This document shows, in pieces, positions 1 through 13,095 of a DNA stretch of 64,000 nucleotides. Location: positions 51,400,001 through 51,464,000 of the forward strand of contig NC_086097.1 in assembly GCF_963921235.1 (NCBI RefSeq), read 5' to 3'. The position numbers and the translations under genes were made by a program. How positions within the stretch are numbered: position 1 is the stretch's first letter; every line of letters starts with the position of its first letter. The notes below the pieces were generated by a model that made no database searches, was not told where the DNA came from, and worked only from the letters and a program-made list of their open reading frames with translations. The stretch is from Mobula hypostoma. Its lineage: Eukaryota.

Positions 1-725
1 ACCGGTTTGCCTGTGGCTCCAGCAGCTTGTATTTTGTTTTTACAAATGTTTTTTTCAAAATAGCAACACAGTAGTTTCCTCAATCATACTTCTACCTGAT
101 GATGTATTGAAGCCAGAGCTAGGTTTTCTCTCAGACAGTTTGAAATGGAGGAAGCTCATGTGTCCTTTGTGCGCTAAACATTTCTTACTTTGTCTGCAAT
201 TCTTCAAGGTCTTTAAAACTTCATAATTGTGCTTGCCGACTATACCAATTGTTGGATTTTGAAGTTTTTAATCCAAGGTTCTTTCAGAAGTCAGGAAAAA
301 GGCACAAAAGTTGTTGCTTCACTATCATTTTATTAAGTGTTAACAGAACAAAGAGAGTTGGAAAATGGACAACCTACTAACTGAAGGGAGGGAGAGTGAA
401 AAGGAAAAGGCTGAAGTCAAAATACAGTGCTCAATGTGGAGCAGCACACAGTACTGTGTATAATAACATACAATACTATGCAAAAGTATTAGGCACATAT
501 TTATAGCTAGGGTACCTAACACTGTTGAACAACACTTATACAGTAATTTTATGTATTGCACTATACAGCTGCTGCAAAAAAATCATTACATCTGTGTGTG
601 ATGATAAATCTGATTCTGACTTGGGTCTCTATTGTAAACTGAGGTGGGAAGGAGGCAGGGAGAGGGGGGATCATTGTTGCGGAAGAGGGGAAGGAGCGGG
701 AAGCACTAGACAGGCATTCTGTAAT

Positions 726-2290
726 GAATCAGAATCAGGTTTATTATCACCGGCATGCGACGTGAAATTTGTTAACTTAGCAGCATCAGTTCAATGCAAT
801 ACATAATCCAGCAGAGAGATAAAAAAAATTAAAACATATTAATAAATAAACAAGTAAATCAATTGCATATATTGAATAGATTTTTTTTTAAATGTACAAA
901 AACAGAAATACTCATAATTTTAAAAAGTGAGGTAGTGTCCAAAGCTTCAATGTCCATTTAGGAATCGGTTGGCAGAGGGGAAGAAGCTGTTCCCAAATCA
1001 CTGAGTGTGTGCCTTCAGGCTTCTGTATCTCCTACCTGATGGTAACAGCGAGAAAAGGGCATGCCCTGGGTGCTGGAGGTCTTTAATTATGGACGCTGCC
1101 TTTCTGAGACACCACTCCCTAAAGATGTCCTGGGTACTTTGTAGGCTAGTGCCCAAGATGGAGTTGACTAGAATTACAACCTTCTGCAGTTTCTTTTGGT
1201 CTATGCAGTAGGCCCTCCATACCAGACAGTGATGCAGCTTGTTAGAATGCTCTCCATGGTACAACTATAGAAGTTTTTGAGTGTATCTGTTGACATGCCA
1301 AATCCCTTCAAACTCCTAATAAAGTATAGCTGCTGTCTTGCCTTCTTTATGACAACATCAATATGTTGGGACCAGGTTAGATCCTCAGATCTTGAAACCC
1401 AGGAACTTGAAGCTGCTGACTCTCTCCATTTCTGATCCCTGTATGGGGATTAGTATGTATTGCTTTGTCTTACCCTTCCTGAAGTCCACAATCAGCTCGA
1501 TCGTCTTATTGACATTGAGTGCCAGGTTGTTGCTGCAGCACCATTCCACTTGTTGGCATATCTCACTCCTGTACGCCCTCTCGTCACCACCTGAGATTCT
1601 ACCAACAATGGTTGTATCGTCAGCAAATTTGTAGATGGTATTTGAGCTATGCCTAGCCACACAGTCATGTGTATACAGCAGTGGGCTAAGCACACACCCC
1701 TGAGGTGCGTCAGTGTTGATTGTCAGCGAAGAGGATATGTTATCACCAATCTGCACAGACTGTGGTCTTCTGGTTAGGAAGTCGAGGATCCAATTACAGA
1801 GGGAGGTATAGAGGCCCAGGTTCTGCAACTTGTCAATCAGGATTGTGGGAATGATGGTATTAAATGCTGAGCTATAGTCGATGAACAGCATCCTGATGTA
1901 GGTGTTGTGTTGTCTAGGTGATCTAAAGCTGTGTGGAGAGCCCTGGAGATTGTGTCTGCTATTGACCTATTGTAAGGATAGGCAAATTGCGATGGGTCCA
2001 GGTCCTTGCTGAGGCAGGAGTTCAGTCTAGTCATAACCAACCTCTCAAAGCATTTCATCACTGTCGATGTGAGTGCTACCAGGCAATAGTCGTTAAGGCA
2101 GTCCACATTATTCTTCTTTGGCACTGGTATAATTGTTGCCATTTTGAAGCATGTGGGAACTTCTGCCTGTAGCAGTAAGAAGTTGAAAGTGTCCTTGAAT
2201 ACTCCTGCTAGTTGGTTGGCACATGTTTTCAGAGCCTTACCAGATACTCCATTGGGATCTACTGCCTTGCAAGGGTTGACTCTCTTTAAA
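726..2290 (-). mobile_element. Rex1/Babar-clade LINE, 5'-truncated, RT region plus 3' tail
   Basis: Frameshifted RT ORFs ([48 protein letters not shown]). Minus-strand tail AATAAACCTGATTCTGATTC. Confidence 0.85.
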
Positions 2291-3185
2291 GATAATAAAC
2301 CAATTGTTTGGAATCTAATGACCTTGCCTGGTGTCTCAGGGCTGGGTGTGTCTGTACACGTGCCATCCCCCTCCCTCCCCCCACCAACCCGGCACTCCCT
2401 CCCTGTGTAAATACAAAATATATACACACACACAGAGCACCTAAGACTTCTGCACAGTACTGAAGATAAGAAAAACTCCATTCAAATGTACAGTTGAATC
2501 AATGAATGAGAAAGCCCTGTTCAAATAATACAACATCAGAGAAGCTTCCAGGACTTTCTAGAATCATACCAATGTAACCACTAGAGAACACACTGAACAA
2601 CTGCATATACATACTATGATCACTAGGAAGCATACTATACAGTTAGACGTATCAATGTAAAGTACAAGCAAATAATTAACGTGAAGCTGCAAAGAAAATA
2701 AATTAAACAGTCAAAAAAAATCTAATCCAACACTCTTGACTCTGTGAATTCAGTGTTCTAAGTTTGTGTTTTTTATCCTTTCATTAAAACCTAAGCATTA
2801 GAAAATTATGAACAGAAGGTTTGTAACTCGGAAGTCAAATCTTATGTATGAATAAACAAATTAAATAAAAATCCATTAAAATTACTCATAAAAGAAAGGT
2901 ATGATTATCAAAAACAAATAGAAAAAATATAAGAGGAAAGAAAACTCATTTTTGAATGTGATTGTACTAAAGTGATGAAAACACTTTATCGCAATTTGGG
3001 TCCTTTTTATCTCCCCAAGACCTACTCTATTTTCTTTTATGTATTATACTCCATTCCATATTCAAATAATTTTGTTGATATTTTCTATGATGAATATACT
3101 CTATACTAGTTGCAAAATATTTTATCACAACTGAAAAAATTAACAAATAAATGAACAGAAATATAATTTTGCCATTTAATAGTAC

Positions 3186-3327
3186 CTTTCTCGGCCAGTG
3201 AAACTCTGTAATTTTCCAGAAAAATGACCTTCAACTTCTTGTCAACTACAGGGTCATTATTCACAACTTGTGCCACAGATGTGATAAGTTTAATAATCAA
3301 TTTAGCCATATGATAGCCAGGAGCAGC
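3186..3327 (-). CDS. PYGL: Glycogen phosphorylase exon 16 equivalent (142 bp)
   Basis: tag|[47 protein letters not shown]+G|gtact. Confidence 0.95.
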
Positions 3328-3791
3328 CTAGGAAAGAAAGAAATTCGGTAACATATGAGTCTGTTAAAAAAGTCTGTTTTATTTTAATCTTGAACGGTTG
3401 AATTTAATTAATACTAAAAGTTAAGGGAATACTGAATATTTTGTCCACAAAACATACTGGAATATTCTCTTAATTAGCACATATGTTTTAAAATTCACCA
3501 GACAATTTAATAACACTCAAATCTAGTGTGGAATTGTTTCAAGACAGAGAGCAATGCAGACAGAGAGTAAGCAGAGAAAAGTGCTTCCTTTTTCCCCAGT
3601 TAAACTCAGTGGCCCAAAAAGAAAACCATGATAGCACAATTACTTCTGGATGGATTAATATAATTAACTAATAAGCTGTAAAGAGTACCTGAGGCTATTA
3701 ATGGACAAGGTAATTTGTGAATCAAAGACAGAATGATATGATAACCAGAGAAAGATGTTAAGTATCTCAACAGGCTCTAGGTTGTCCAGTC

Positions 3792-3852
3792 TGTCTGTCT
3801 GTATCTTGTTTTACGGCGGTTGGCATCCAGCTTAATGGTGCATTACCGCCAA
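3792..3852 (-). mobile_element. 61-bp extreme 3' end of a LINE (Nimb/I-clade-like) with 13-bp TSD
   Basis: AGGTTGTCCAGTC is duplicated at 3779-3791 and 3853-3865. The insert reads GGCGGTAATGCACC...GGATGCCAACCGCCGTAAAA with a (CAGA)n tail. The clade call is from memory. Confidence 0.6.
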
Positions 3853-4934
3853 AGGTTGTCCAGTCAAGGTGTTAGCTTGGTTAAAAGTTCTGACTCAGGT
3901 GCATGAGATAAATGGAGTGATTGTGAGTGATCAGTGCAGTACAACTGAACAAATGCAATTTGTCCGTTTAGCTTGTTACAAACAATTTGGGAAATGATTG
4001 CTTGTAAAGACAAGAGATGACCTCAAGTTTGGGAATGGAGATAATAAGTGAAGAAGTTGGAAAAACAAGTACAGATCTGGAAGAGAAGCGGATAGCCTTT
4101 TAATTGGTTGTAAAGGAAAAAATGAGCCTTTTAATTGGCTGTAAAGTAAAAATGAGACATCTGGAGTATATGCAAAAAAAATACAAAGAGACTTTACAAC
4201 GTATTGCAGCACATCTCCAGACATCAACAATGGCACGGAAGAGGTCATTCTCCATGTTTACAAAGGGAGTCAGGAAAACCTGACCAGTTTTCAAGTCTGC
4301 AGGTAATTAATATCCCAGCTTAATGATACAAAGTAAGTATAATAGTTCATGTTAAGTGATCAATATATACTGTAGCTTGTAAGTGTTATGAGACAGTGGC
4401 AGACAATAAAATCTTGGTCTAATACAGTGAGGGGTGATGTAGCATGAAGTGTTAGTACTTATGAAAGACTGGGCTCTTGTTTTGGACATCTTAATTGTAT
4501 CGTTACTAGGAGTTACATTGAATGAAACAAGGAAGAGATTGTAAGTTTCAAAGCAAAAGCAACAATGACTCTAAACTCCTTGCATGTCACTATTCAGCAG
4601 AAAAGATCACATGGAAATATGAACATAAACATAAGATTCCGTAGATGCTGAAAATCTTCAGCAACAGACACAAATTGTGTTGGGCCACACGTGTGATAAT
4701 TCTGGTATAGGACTGTTTATTTTCCTTTGTTGCGATATGGAATGTCCACTATTTCCAGTTGGATCGGGATAGGTATTTTAGAACTCTTGTGCTATGAACT
4801 GAAAATGTAACAATGTCTCCTTTCTCTCTTGCTTTGATCACTTGTGCTAGCCAGTGATCCCAAATTTTTAACTCTTGCCTTGAAGTTTTATGCTTTGTTG
4901 AATTCTTAAAATTCAGTCTATTTAGTAGCAAACA

Positions 4935-5845
4935 AAAAAAAAAACTGCTGATACCAAATTAAACTAATCCCTTCTGTTTGAGCATGGTCTGTATCTTTCC
5001 ATTCTTTGCATATTCATGTGCCTATTTAAGAACCTCTTAAATGCCTTTAATGCATTTTCCTCCATTGCCATCCTGGTTGTGTATTCCAGGCATCCACTAA
5101 TGTTTTAAAAAATGTGCCCTGCTCATCTCCTTTGAATTTACCACTCTTACCTTAAATGCAAGTCCTCTAACATTAGATATTTTGACCCTGGCAAAAAGAT
5201 ACTGGCTGTCTACTATGGTTTTCATAATCTTACAAACTTCTATTTGGTCTCCTTTCAGCCTCTGCTGCTCCAAACAAAATAAAAATGCTAGTTTTTCCAA
5301 CCTCTCGTTAGAACATGTGCTCTCAAAACCAGGAAGTATCCTGATAAACCTCTTTTGCACTCTCTCCAACACCTCCATATCCTTCCTGTAATAGAGTGAA
5401 CAGAATTGAAGACAATATGCCTGACACAGCCTAACGAGAGTTTTATGAATCTGAAATATAACTTCCTGATTCTTGAACTCGGTGCCTCAACTGATAAAGG
5501 CAAGCATGCCATTTGCCACCTTTACCCACCCTATAATCCCTTTGTGCATCAACACTCTTAAGGGTTTAGCCATGATCCGTACCTTTACGTATGATCTCCT
5601 AAACTACAGCACCTCACACCATAAGACATGGGAGCAGAACTAGGACATTCAGCCCATTGAGCCTGCTCCGCCACTTGATCACAGCTGATTTATTTTCCCT
5701 CCCAATCCCTTTCTCCTGCCTTCTCTCCGTAACCTTTGACACCCTTACTAATCAAGAACATAGCAAACTCCACTTTTAACATACCCAATGACTTGGCCTC
5801 CAGAGTAGTCTGTGGCAATGAATTCCACGTATTCAAACCTGCCTA
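4935..5845 (-). mobile_element. Degenerate CR1 LINE 3' fragments (two adjacent pieces)
   Basis: LERVQKRFIRILPG...RLEKL...LEQQRLKGD matches the CR1 ORF2 C-terminus. A second CR1-type 3' tail starts near 5620. Confidence 0.7.
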
Positions 5846-6104
5846 GATTATACTCATTTGTCATTTTTCTGCCCATATTTGCAACTGATCTACAAATGGT
5901 ATATCCCGCTTTGACAATATTCTACACCACTGTTTCCCAACTTTTTTTTTAGCTAAATGCCCTGCTAAAGCACCTTCATACTTGCCTACACCGCTCTTAG
6001 GCACAATATACTTTCTGGTGCCCCCATAGTGTAAAAACATGTCTACCATATGGTAACATGAGAAAAATGATTCTGCTTTAAATTTTATTTGTCTTATTTA
6101 ATAT

Positions 6105-6260
6105 CAATGTGATCCTTGAGCCTGATGGTTTTTAGCAAGAGTTGAAATATTTGGTTCAAGTTGTGACAGCCTTAAGTCCCAATGCATAACAATGTCCAAG
6201 CGGTATCTGTTTTTTTGTGTGTGGTTCATTGCACTGAAGCCTCTATCTGATGCACTTTCT
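6105..6260 (-). mobile_element. Old hAT transposase C-terminal remnant
   Basis: The minus strand reads approximately RGFSAMN...RYRLD...LRLSQLEPNISTLAKNHQAQGSH*, resembling the Charlie/Buster C-terminus. Confidence 0.5.
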
Positions 6261-6655
6261 GTAGTTTCTGTTTCTTAGCAGGTTTAGAATTTAAGACTTC
6301 ACCACCTTTCGACTCTTAGAGATCGCGCTGTACGTACTTATCCAAAATTAATGGGGCCAAATCAAAATAAAAGATTAACACAAACTGGGAATGCCTGTCT
6401 GATGTTAACGATGGCAGCAAGTCAACATGGATGGAACAATGGTAGCAGTGTGCAAAGGAACTGTGATGGGAAGATGAAGACGATAATAGCATAAATTACA
6501 TTGACAAGGATTCAGATTGGATCTGAATGTTAGTTGGGATAGAGCTGGTGTTCGGCAAGCTAACTTTATACTATTCCAGTCAGTTCAATTAACCAACACA
6601 CATCAAAGTTGCTGGTGAACGCAGCAGGCCAGGCAGCATCTGTAGGAAGAGGTGC

Positions 6656-6691
6656 AGTCGACGTTTCAGGCCAAGACCCTTCGTCAGGACT
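6656..6691 (-). ncRNA. Minimal type I hammerhead ribozyme motif (Penelope pLTR)
   Basis: AGTC-CTGACGA-AGGGTCTTGGCCT-GAAAC-GTC-GACT: stem I AGTC/GACT, core CUGANGA and GAAA, GUC cleavage triplet, palindromic ACGT in place of stem III. Confidence 0.7.
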
Positions 6692-7148
6692 AACTGAAGG
6701 AAGAGTGAGCAAGGGATTTGAAAGTTGGAGGGGGAGGGGGAGATCCAAAATGATAGGAGAAGACAGGAGGGGGAGGGATAGAGCCAAGAGCTGGACAGGT
6801 GATAGGCAAAAGGGGATACGAGAGGATCATGGGACAGGAGGTCTGGGAAGAAAGACAAGGGGGGGGGACCCAGAGGATGGGCAAGAGGTATATTCAGAGG
6901 GACAGAGGGAGAAAAAGGAGAGTGAGAGAAAGAATGTGTGCATAAAAATAAGTAACAGATGGGGTACGAGGGGGAGGTGGGGCCTTAGCGGAAGTTAGGG
7001 AGGTCGATGTTACTTATCTCGTATCCCCTTTTGCCTATCACCTGTCCAGCTCTTGGCTCTATCCCTCCCCCTCCTGTCTTCTCCTATCATTTTGGATCTC
7101 CCCCTCCCCCTCCAACTTTCAAATCCCTTACTCACTCTTCCTTCAGTT

Positions 7149-7184
7149 AGTCCTGACGAAGGGTCTCGGCCTGAAACGTCGATT
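7149..7184 (+). ncRNA. Minimal type I hammerhead ribozyme motif (Penelope pLTR)
   Basis: AGTC-CTGACGA-AGGGTCTCGGCCT-GAAAC-GTC-GATT. Confidence 0.65.
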
Positions 7185-7519
7185 ACACCTCTTCCTACAG
7201 ATGCTGCCTGGCCTGCTGCGTTCACCAGCAACTTTGATGTGTGTTGCTTGAATTTCCAGCATCTGCAGAATTCCTGTTGTTTGCAGTTCAATTAACCAGT
7301 CACTTAAGGTCTCATAATCCCCAAAGATGGTTCTTCAATGTACATATGAAGCCCAAGCTGCTTTGAAAAGTTCAAGAGGAATCCCCGGGGTTGGCAGGTT
7401 CACTGATTGGCTCTATTTAGCCATTTGGTTCTGGCCTGCACTGTATCATTGTGCAATCTGTTTTCCGTAGATCTTCAGAGAGAGTTGAGAGGGTGTAATT
7501 GACTTACCCACTTCTTTCT

Positions 7520-8555
7520 ATTTATTCATTTACAGGATGTGGGTGTCGCCAGCTAAGCAGGCATTTATTGCCCATCCCTAGTTGCCCTTGAGAAGGTGGC
7601 GATGAGCTGCCTTCTTGAACCACTGTAGTCCCTGAGGTGTAACTATACCCACAGTGCTGTTAGGGAGGGAATTCCATGATCTTGACCCAGCGACAATGAA
7701 GGAACGGCGATATGTTTCCAAGTCAGGATGGTGAGTGCTTGGAGGGCGGATTTTCATGCGGTGATGTTCCCAGGTATCTGCTTTTCTCGTCCTTCTAGAG
7801 GGTAGTGTTCATGGGTCTGGAAGGTGCTGGCTTAGGAACTTTGGTGTATTGTTGCAGTGCATCTTGTAAATAGTACACAGTGCTGCAACTGTTCGTCGCT
7901 GGTGAAGGGATTGGATGCTTGTGGAAGGAGTACCAATCAAGTGGGCTGCCTTGTACTGCATGGTGTCAAGCTTCTTAAGTGTTGACGGAGCTGTACTCAT
8001 CCAGGTGAGTAGCGAGTATTCCATTACAAACCTAACCTGAGCCTTGTAGATGGTGGACAGGCTTTGTGGGGGTCAGGAGGTGAGTTACACGCCGCAAGAT
8101 TCCTAGCCTCTGATCTGGTAGCCACAGTGTTTATCTGGCTAGACCAGTCAGTTTCCTGCCAATGGTAACCTCTAGGATGTTGATAGAAGGGGATTCAATG
8201 ATGGTAATCTCACTGAATGTCAAGGGACAATGGTTAGAGCCTCTCTTGTTGGAGATGGTCATCATCTGGTACTTGCGTGGCTCAAATGTTACTTGCCATT
8301 TGTCAGCCCAAGGCTGGATATTGTTCAGCTCCTACTATATTTGGGTATGAACTGCTTCACTATCTGAGGAGTCGTGAATGGTGCAGGCCATTGCGCAGTC
8401 ATCTACGAACATCCCTGCTTCTGACCTTGTGACGGAAGCAAGGTCATTGAGGAAGCAGCTGAAGATCATTGGACTTAGGACACTTCCCTGAGGAAATCCT
8501 GAGGATGAGATGATTCACCTCCAACCACCAGAAACATCTTCCTTTGTGTCAAACT
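7520..8555 (-). mobile_element. CR1/L2-group LINE 3' fragment (distinct family)
   Basis: MEYSLLTWMSTAPSTLKKLDTMQYKAAHLI...SLHQRRTVAALCTIYKMH; a remnant of PQGSVLSP near 8475-8495. Confidence 0.65.
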
Positions 8556-8899
8556 GTTAAATTGCATGAACTTGTTCCATGCCGCAAGTCAAGGGGAAAC
8601 TGTTGGGCACCCTGGTTGCTAGATTATGCATCTTCAATAAGATTTGATTGGCTGTAATAGTCGAAGGAGATTGCTGTGTTTCAGACATGTTGTGACAATG
8701 AGTGTTTGCCGCCTGCAGAACTATGGTTCTTCCTGTGTTCCATTGCCTCATTCTTTTTTTTGGAAGTCCCTGCTCTACTAACAGTAGGTCAGGTCTCAGG
8801 CCTCGTTAGGGTGCTGCTTACTGTTTCCCCCCAAGAATCTTGAATGCACCCCCCCCCAACAACATCTATTTCCCCTAACACCTCCTTAGGATATATAAC

Positions 8900-9420
8900 C
8901 ATCCTTGTTGGGAATCACTGTTGTACACTATCCACAATGTCACCAGTTTTGTGTCATCTATGAACTTACTAACCCAACCATTCATATTTTCATCCAAATC
9001 ATTTTTTATATAGTAAACATTAAAGGCTTCAGTACAGATCCCTGTGGAAAATCACTAGTCATGGATCTCTAGCCAGAGTAAGACCCACAACCACTATCTT
9101 GTCATTTATGGGCAGGCCAAATCTGAATCCAAATGTGGAGCCCATGCATCTTAATTTTCTGGAATAGCCCACCTTGTTGAATGCCTTACTAAGATGCACG
9201 TAAACAACATCCATTGTTCTAACCTCATCACTCACCTTTTGTCACCTTCAGAAACTTAAATCAAGTTACTAAGTTATGCTGACTGTCCTTATTAGGCCAA
9301 GGTTTCCAAATACTTATAAACCGTATCCTTAAGAAGCTTCTCCAATAGTTTCCTTATCACTGATGTGAGACTTGCCCCTCTATAATTTCCAGAATAATCC
9401 CCATTTCCTTTCTTGAAGCT
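8900..9420 (-). mobile_element. Degenerate CR1 RT fragment
   Basis: FKKG...GNYRGASLTSVIRKLLEKLLKD, with downstream PQGSVL and DDTK-like remnants. Confidence 0.65.
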
Positions 9421-9514
9421 TAGCACAATATAGCTTGTTACTAATTTAATCCAATGGAAGTTGGAAATGGTAGTTGAAAATGGTTCATGATTGGACGTCA
9501 CTGCATTTACACTA

Positions 9515-9915
9515 GTCTGTTTGTCTGCCCATTATGCCACTGGCATTTAGGGCAGCAATGAAGGTCCTCCATCTCTGGCGGTGGTCGGGGGTTCTTTCAT
9601 CATGTCAGTCACTTCCTGTTAGTTTTCAGTACTGTCAGTCACGCAAATCCCAGTTGGAGACTTGGGAATACCATTGCACTCAGGTGTAGGATTCCTCATT
9701 GTTGTTTCTGTAACAATTTTGTTTTACCAGTCAGGGTTGTTAGCCCTGAGCTGAACCCCCAAACCTGGAGAACCGATGGGCCACTTTTAATCTGGCCTCT
9801 ACCCTTTGACATGTTTGGCATGGCTGAACCTACCAAATGCCAAAGCATAAAGCCCTGACTCCAGCCAATGTAGCTCCCTGGATCATTGAGGCACACAAGC
9901 CTTCAAACCACAAGG
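9515..9915 (-). mobile_element. Non-autonomous RTE-derived element (5' UTR piece fused to 3' end piece)
   Basis: Minus strand carries CTCCAGGTTTGGGGGTTCAGCTCAGGGCTAACAACCC (RTE 5'-like) and AGATGGAGGACCTTCATTGCTGCCCTAAATGCCAGTGGCATAA (RTE ORF-end-like). Confidence 0.55.
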
Positions 9916-12047
9916 TGTGGCCCTCTTGAAAGATTTGCACTAGTCGCATCTGCCAATATTGACAATCCAGAGAAAGAAAGCCCGCTCATTCATACTACGG
10001 GCAAGAATTCATTCTTCCCGAAAATGTTTTCAGGAACAATATTTGAATTCTGTATTGCAGCCTTAGAAAGAAATCTGCATTTTTTGTTCTGTTTATAGCT
10101 TATTGGAATAGGAAATCTTATTATGCAACGTCACATTGTACAAAGACTAACTGGGTTAAATTTTCCCTATAGAAAAACTACCTATTCTGATGCGACAAGA
10201 TGCAGATATTCAGGGAGGAAATTCCATATGTTGGGGACTGAGCACCACAGAGAAAGCTAACTTGGGTACAGCAATAACATTCAAAGATAATTAAGAGGCC
10301 AGAATGATAGAAGGGCAGATAATTTTGCAGGTTATATGGCTGGATAAAATTAAGCATACAAAATTGAAAGCTATTGGTCAGGGAGGGGTTGGTGGTCTGA
10401 CAATAAGGGTGAAAATTTAGACTAGAAGCACTGGTTAATTAGGAGCTAATGCATGTTACCAATGAAAAAGTTAACATGAATAAAATTCAATGTGATTTTA
10501 TTTTCTGGGTGGCTTAACCTTGAAAGAAAAACAGAACTAATAAAGCTGGGTAGAAGTACATTGAAATAGTCACGACTAAGGTAATCAATAGCAGAAGAAC
10601 TGAGGCATTAAAGATAGAATCAGGAAGGCATAATGATCGAAGCCAAATTTGAACACCAATTTTCAACAGTGTGAGGCCTGGACTCAACGGCCTCATGAGG
10701 GATTGCTGTACTGTAAGGTAGACAGAAAAATGACTCGTCAGCCCCCAGTGAAGGGAAAACTTCTCTTCACACAGTCTCATAAGGAATTCAGTTTACAAGT
10801 TGTTTGCCAAGGTCCATCACTATATCTCATTCAATTTCCAAATATTCCACACATGCAAAGAAATAAACTCACAGCTCTGTAATCAAAGTAACTTGAATTT
10901 TAACAGCATTCACTGGGACCTAATAAAATTGTTCTTATATAACATCCCCTTTCTGCCAGATAACTTGCAAGTTTTGAGCTACGATTCTTAATGTAGGTTA
11001 ACTGATCCCCAACAAGAAATAGGTGCCTACAATGATGTCTGATTCTGATCTTCTAACACTACTTCCCCAAGTCTTTATTTGCCCCCATCTGAATAAAAAG
11101 CAGCACTTTGCACAGAGCTGTGTATAATTATTAAAACTAAAAACTTTACATAAACTTACACAGAATTTACAGTCAATAAACATCAGACATCAGCAGAAAT
11201 GCATGACAAAAATCTCTTGTTACAGTAAAGCTTAATAGATACCTTGAAGAACATGGCTTAGTTATTTGGGACCGATTTGGATCAAAATTAATATTAAAAC
11301 TGGCTTTCTGGCAGGGCTTGAGTAAAAGTAATACATATGAGAAAGAATTTATATAATAGGTGCATTTCATCATGTGTGGTTTAATGTTGATGACAGCTTT
11401 GTAAAATACATTTTATTACCACAAAAACACATTTGTTTCAAAAAAGCATGTCAATGTCTTAAAGCAATACAACTGTAATTTTTAATGAATATTTTGTGTT
11501 CCCAGACCATTAGAGATTGGGGAACAAAAGCAAGAACTGTTCTGACAAAGGGTCATAAACTCAGAACAGTCACCATTTTTCTTTCCCCATACTTTTTGCC
11601 TTGCTGAGTTTTTCCACTACTTTCTGTTTTTGTTTGTTTTCCAGCTCCTACAGTTTTTCTGTGATTTTCATAAAGATTGGGGAAAGTGCTTAAAGAAAAA
11701 ACAAGGACATTCTCAAAAAATTTCACTTGTAATTTTTGTCTACTCAAGTGTAAACCCTGGTGTGCTACTAAGTCATACATCACGATAAACCCACACCAGA
11801 TCTCCTGAAGGTGCAAGGTTCTCTGTGCATTTAAGTTAAATAATTTAGTTGGTATAAGAATAATATTTGGCCAATTAAGTTAAATAACATATTCACACTA
11901 CATCTCTTCCTCTGGTACAAATTACAGTTTGAGATTAGCATGGAATATCACAAAGAACCACAAACAATCTAAGTAAGCACTTGTTGGGATTGGGGAAAAG
12001 TGCTGTGATAGTTGTAGCAGAAAAATAAATAAAGAAATAAACCTTAC

Positions 12048-12106
12048 CTTGCCCCCTATCATAACAGTTCTTGGAACAAATGCCTTGTTTGGGTCCTTCC
12101 TAATTC
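12048..12106 (-). CDS. PYGL: Glycogen phosphorylase exon 15 equivalent (59 bp)
   Basis: aag|(R)IRKDPNKAFVPRTVMIGGK|gtaag; uses an AAG acceptor. Confidence 0.93.
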
Positions 12107-12219
12107 CTTTATACAAGATATAAATCAATATGAAATGTAAACATAAATATTGTCTCTGTTAGGTTTAAGAACTGTACATGCATTTAGCAGTTATTATTAG
12201 TATAAAATGCCATAAAAGG

Positions 12220-13095
12220 AAAACAATGGGGCTGTCTGACCTCCTGTCTTTACTTCTAACCCCAGCCTACAGACCAGCAATAAGGAATACAAAACCAATA
12301 ACGAAGTCAGTGATAGTATGGCCTGAGGGAGCTGTATCACTGCTTCAGGACTGCTTTGACTGGAACCTGTGCATGCCAAGTAACACATGATTCTGGAATT
12401 GACTTAGGAATACACCATCGTGGTCATGCACTATATCAAATACTGTGTAGACCATTTTACCCGCAATAAAAACATCTGTGTATTCCTGAATCAGAAGCCA
12501 TGGATGAACAATGAAGTCCAGAACCTGCTCAGGACTCAGGATTCAGTGATGCTGCAGCATAAGCGAAGCCAGGTCAAACCTTCAAAGAGGCATTAAAAAC
12601 TGCTAAGTAAAGATACAAACAACAGATAGAGACATGCTTCAATAACACCATCAACCCCTGATGCTTGTGGGAAGGCATCAGATCTGACACTGACTATAAA
12701 GGAAAGATCTTCTGGCCTGCAAACAGTGACACCTCACTAGCTGAGGAGCTAAATAATTTCTTTGCTCGGTTTGACAGGGACAACAGTGACCCAGTGATGG
12801 AGGCCTTGACACCTGAAGAGGACACAGCACGGACACTGAGTGCACAAGGTGAGAGGTAACCTCTGCTGTATCAACACAAGCAGAACAGCAGGATCAGATA
12901 GCAAACCCGGGAGGGTCCTCAGTGACTGCACTGACCACTGGCAGAGGTTTTTACTGAAATCTATAACCACTCTCTGTGGCCCCTGCATGCTTCAAAACAT
13001 CAACCATCATACCAGTCCTAAAGCAGTCAGTGGCAACGTGCCTCAACGACTACAGACTAGTTGCATTCACCCCCACAGCCACCAAGTTGTCCTGA
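12220..13095 (+). mobile_element. Degenerate Rex1/Babar LINE fragment
   Basis: WPEGAVSLLQDCFDWN; NQKPWMN; LAEELNNFFARFD. Confidence 0.7.

Larger units (their letters stand above)
6596..7283. mobile_element. Penelope-like element pLTR insertion in inverted configuration with 15-bp TSD
   Basis: Arms of 230 bp at 6594-6823 and 7017-7246 are reverse complements (about 4 mismatches). CAGTTCAATTAACCA flanks at 6581-6595 and 7284-7298. The same pLTR follows GIY-YIG coding sequence at 21730-22335. Confidence 0.85.

Noticed and set aside
1..3185. Phosphorylase exon 17 (…STAGTEASGTGNMKF…)
   Set aside because: I could not find it here by eye; it should lie beyond the left window edge. Exon 7 was likewise not found in 60072-64000.
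6566..7295. Short Pro/Leu-rich or Gly/Arg-rich ORFs on both strands
   Set aside because: These are incidental frames across the purine/pyrimidine-biased Penelope pLTR and are duplicated by the inversion.
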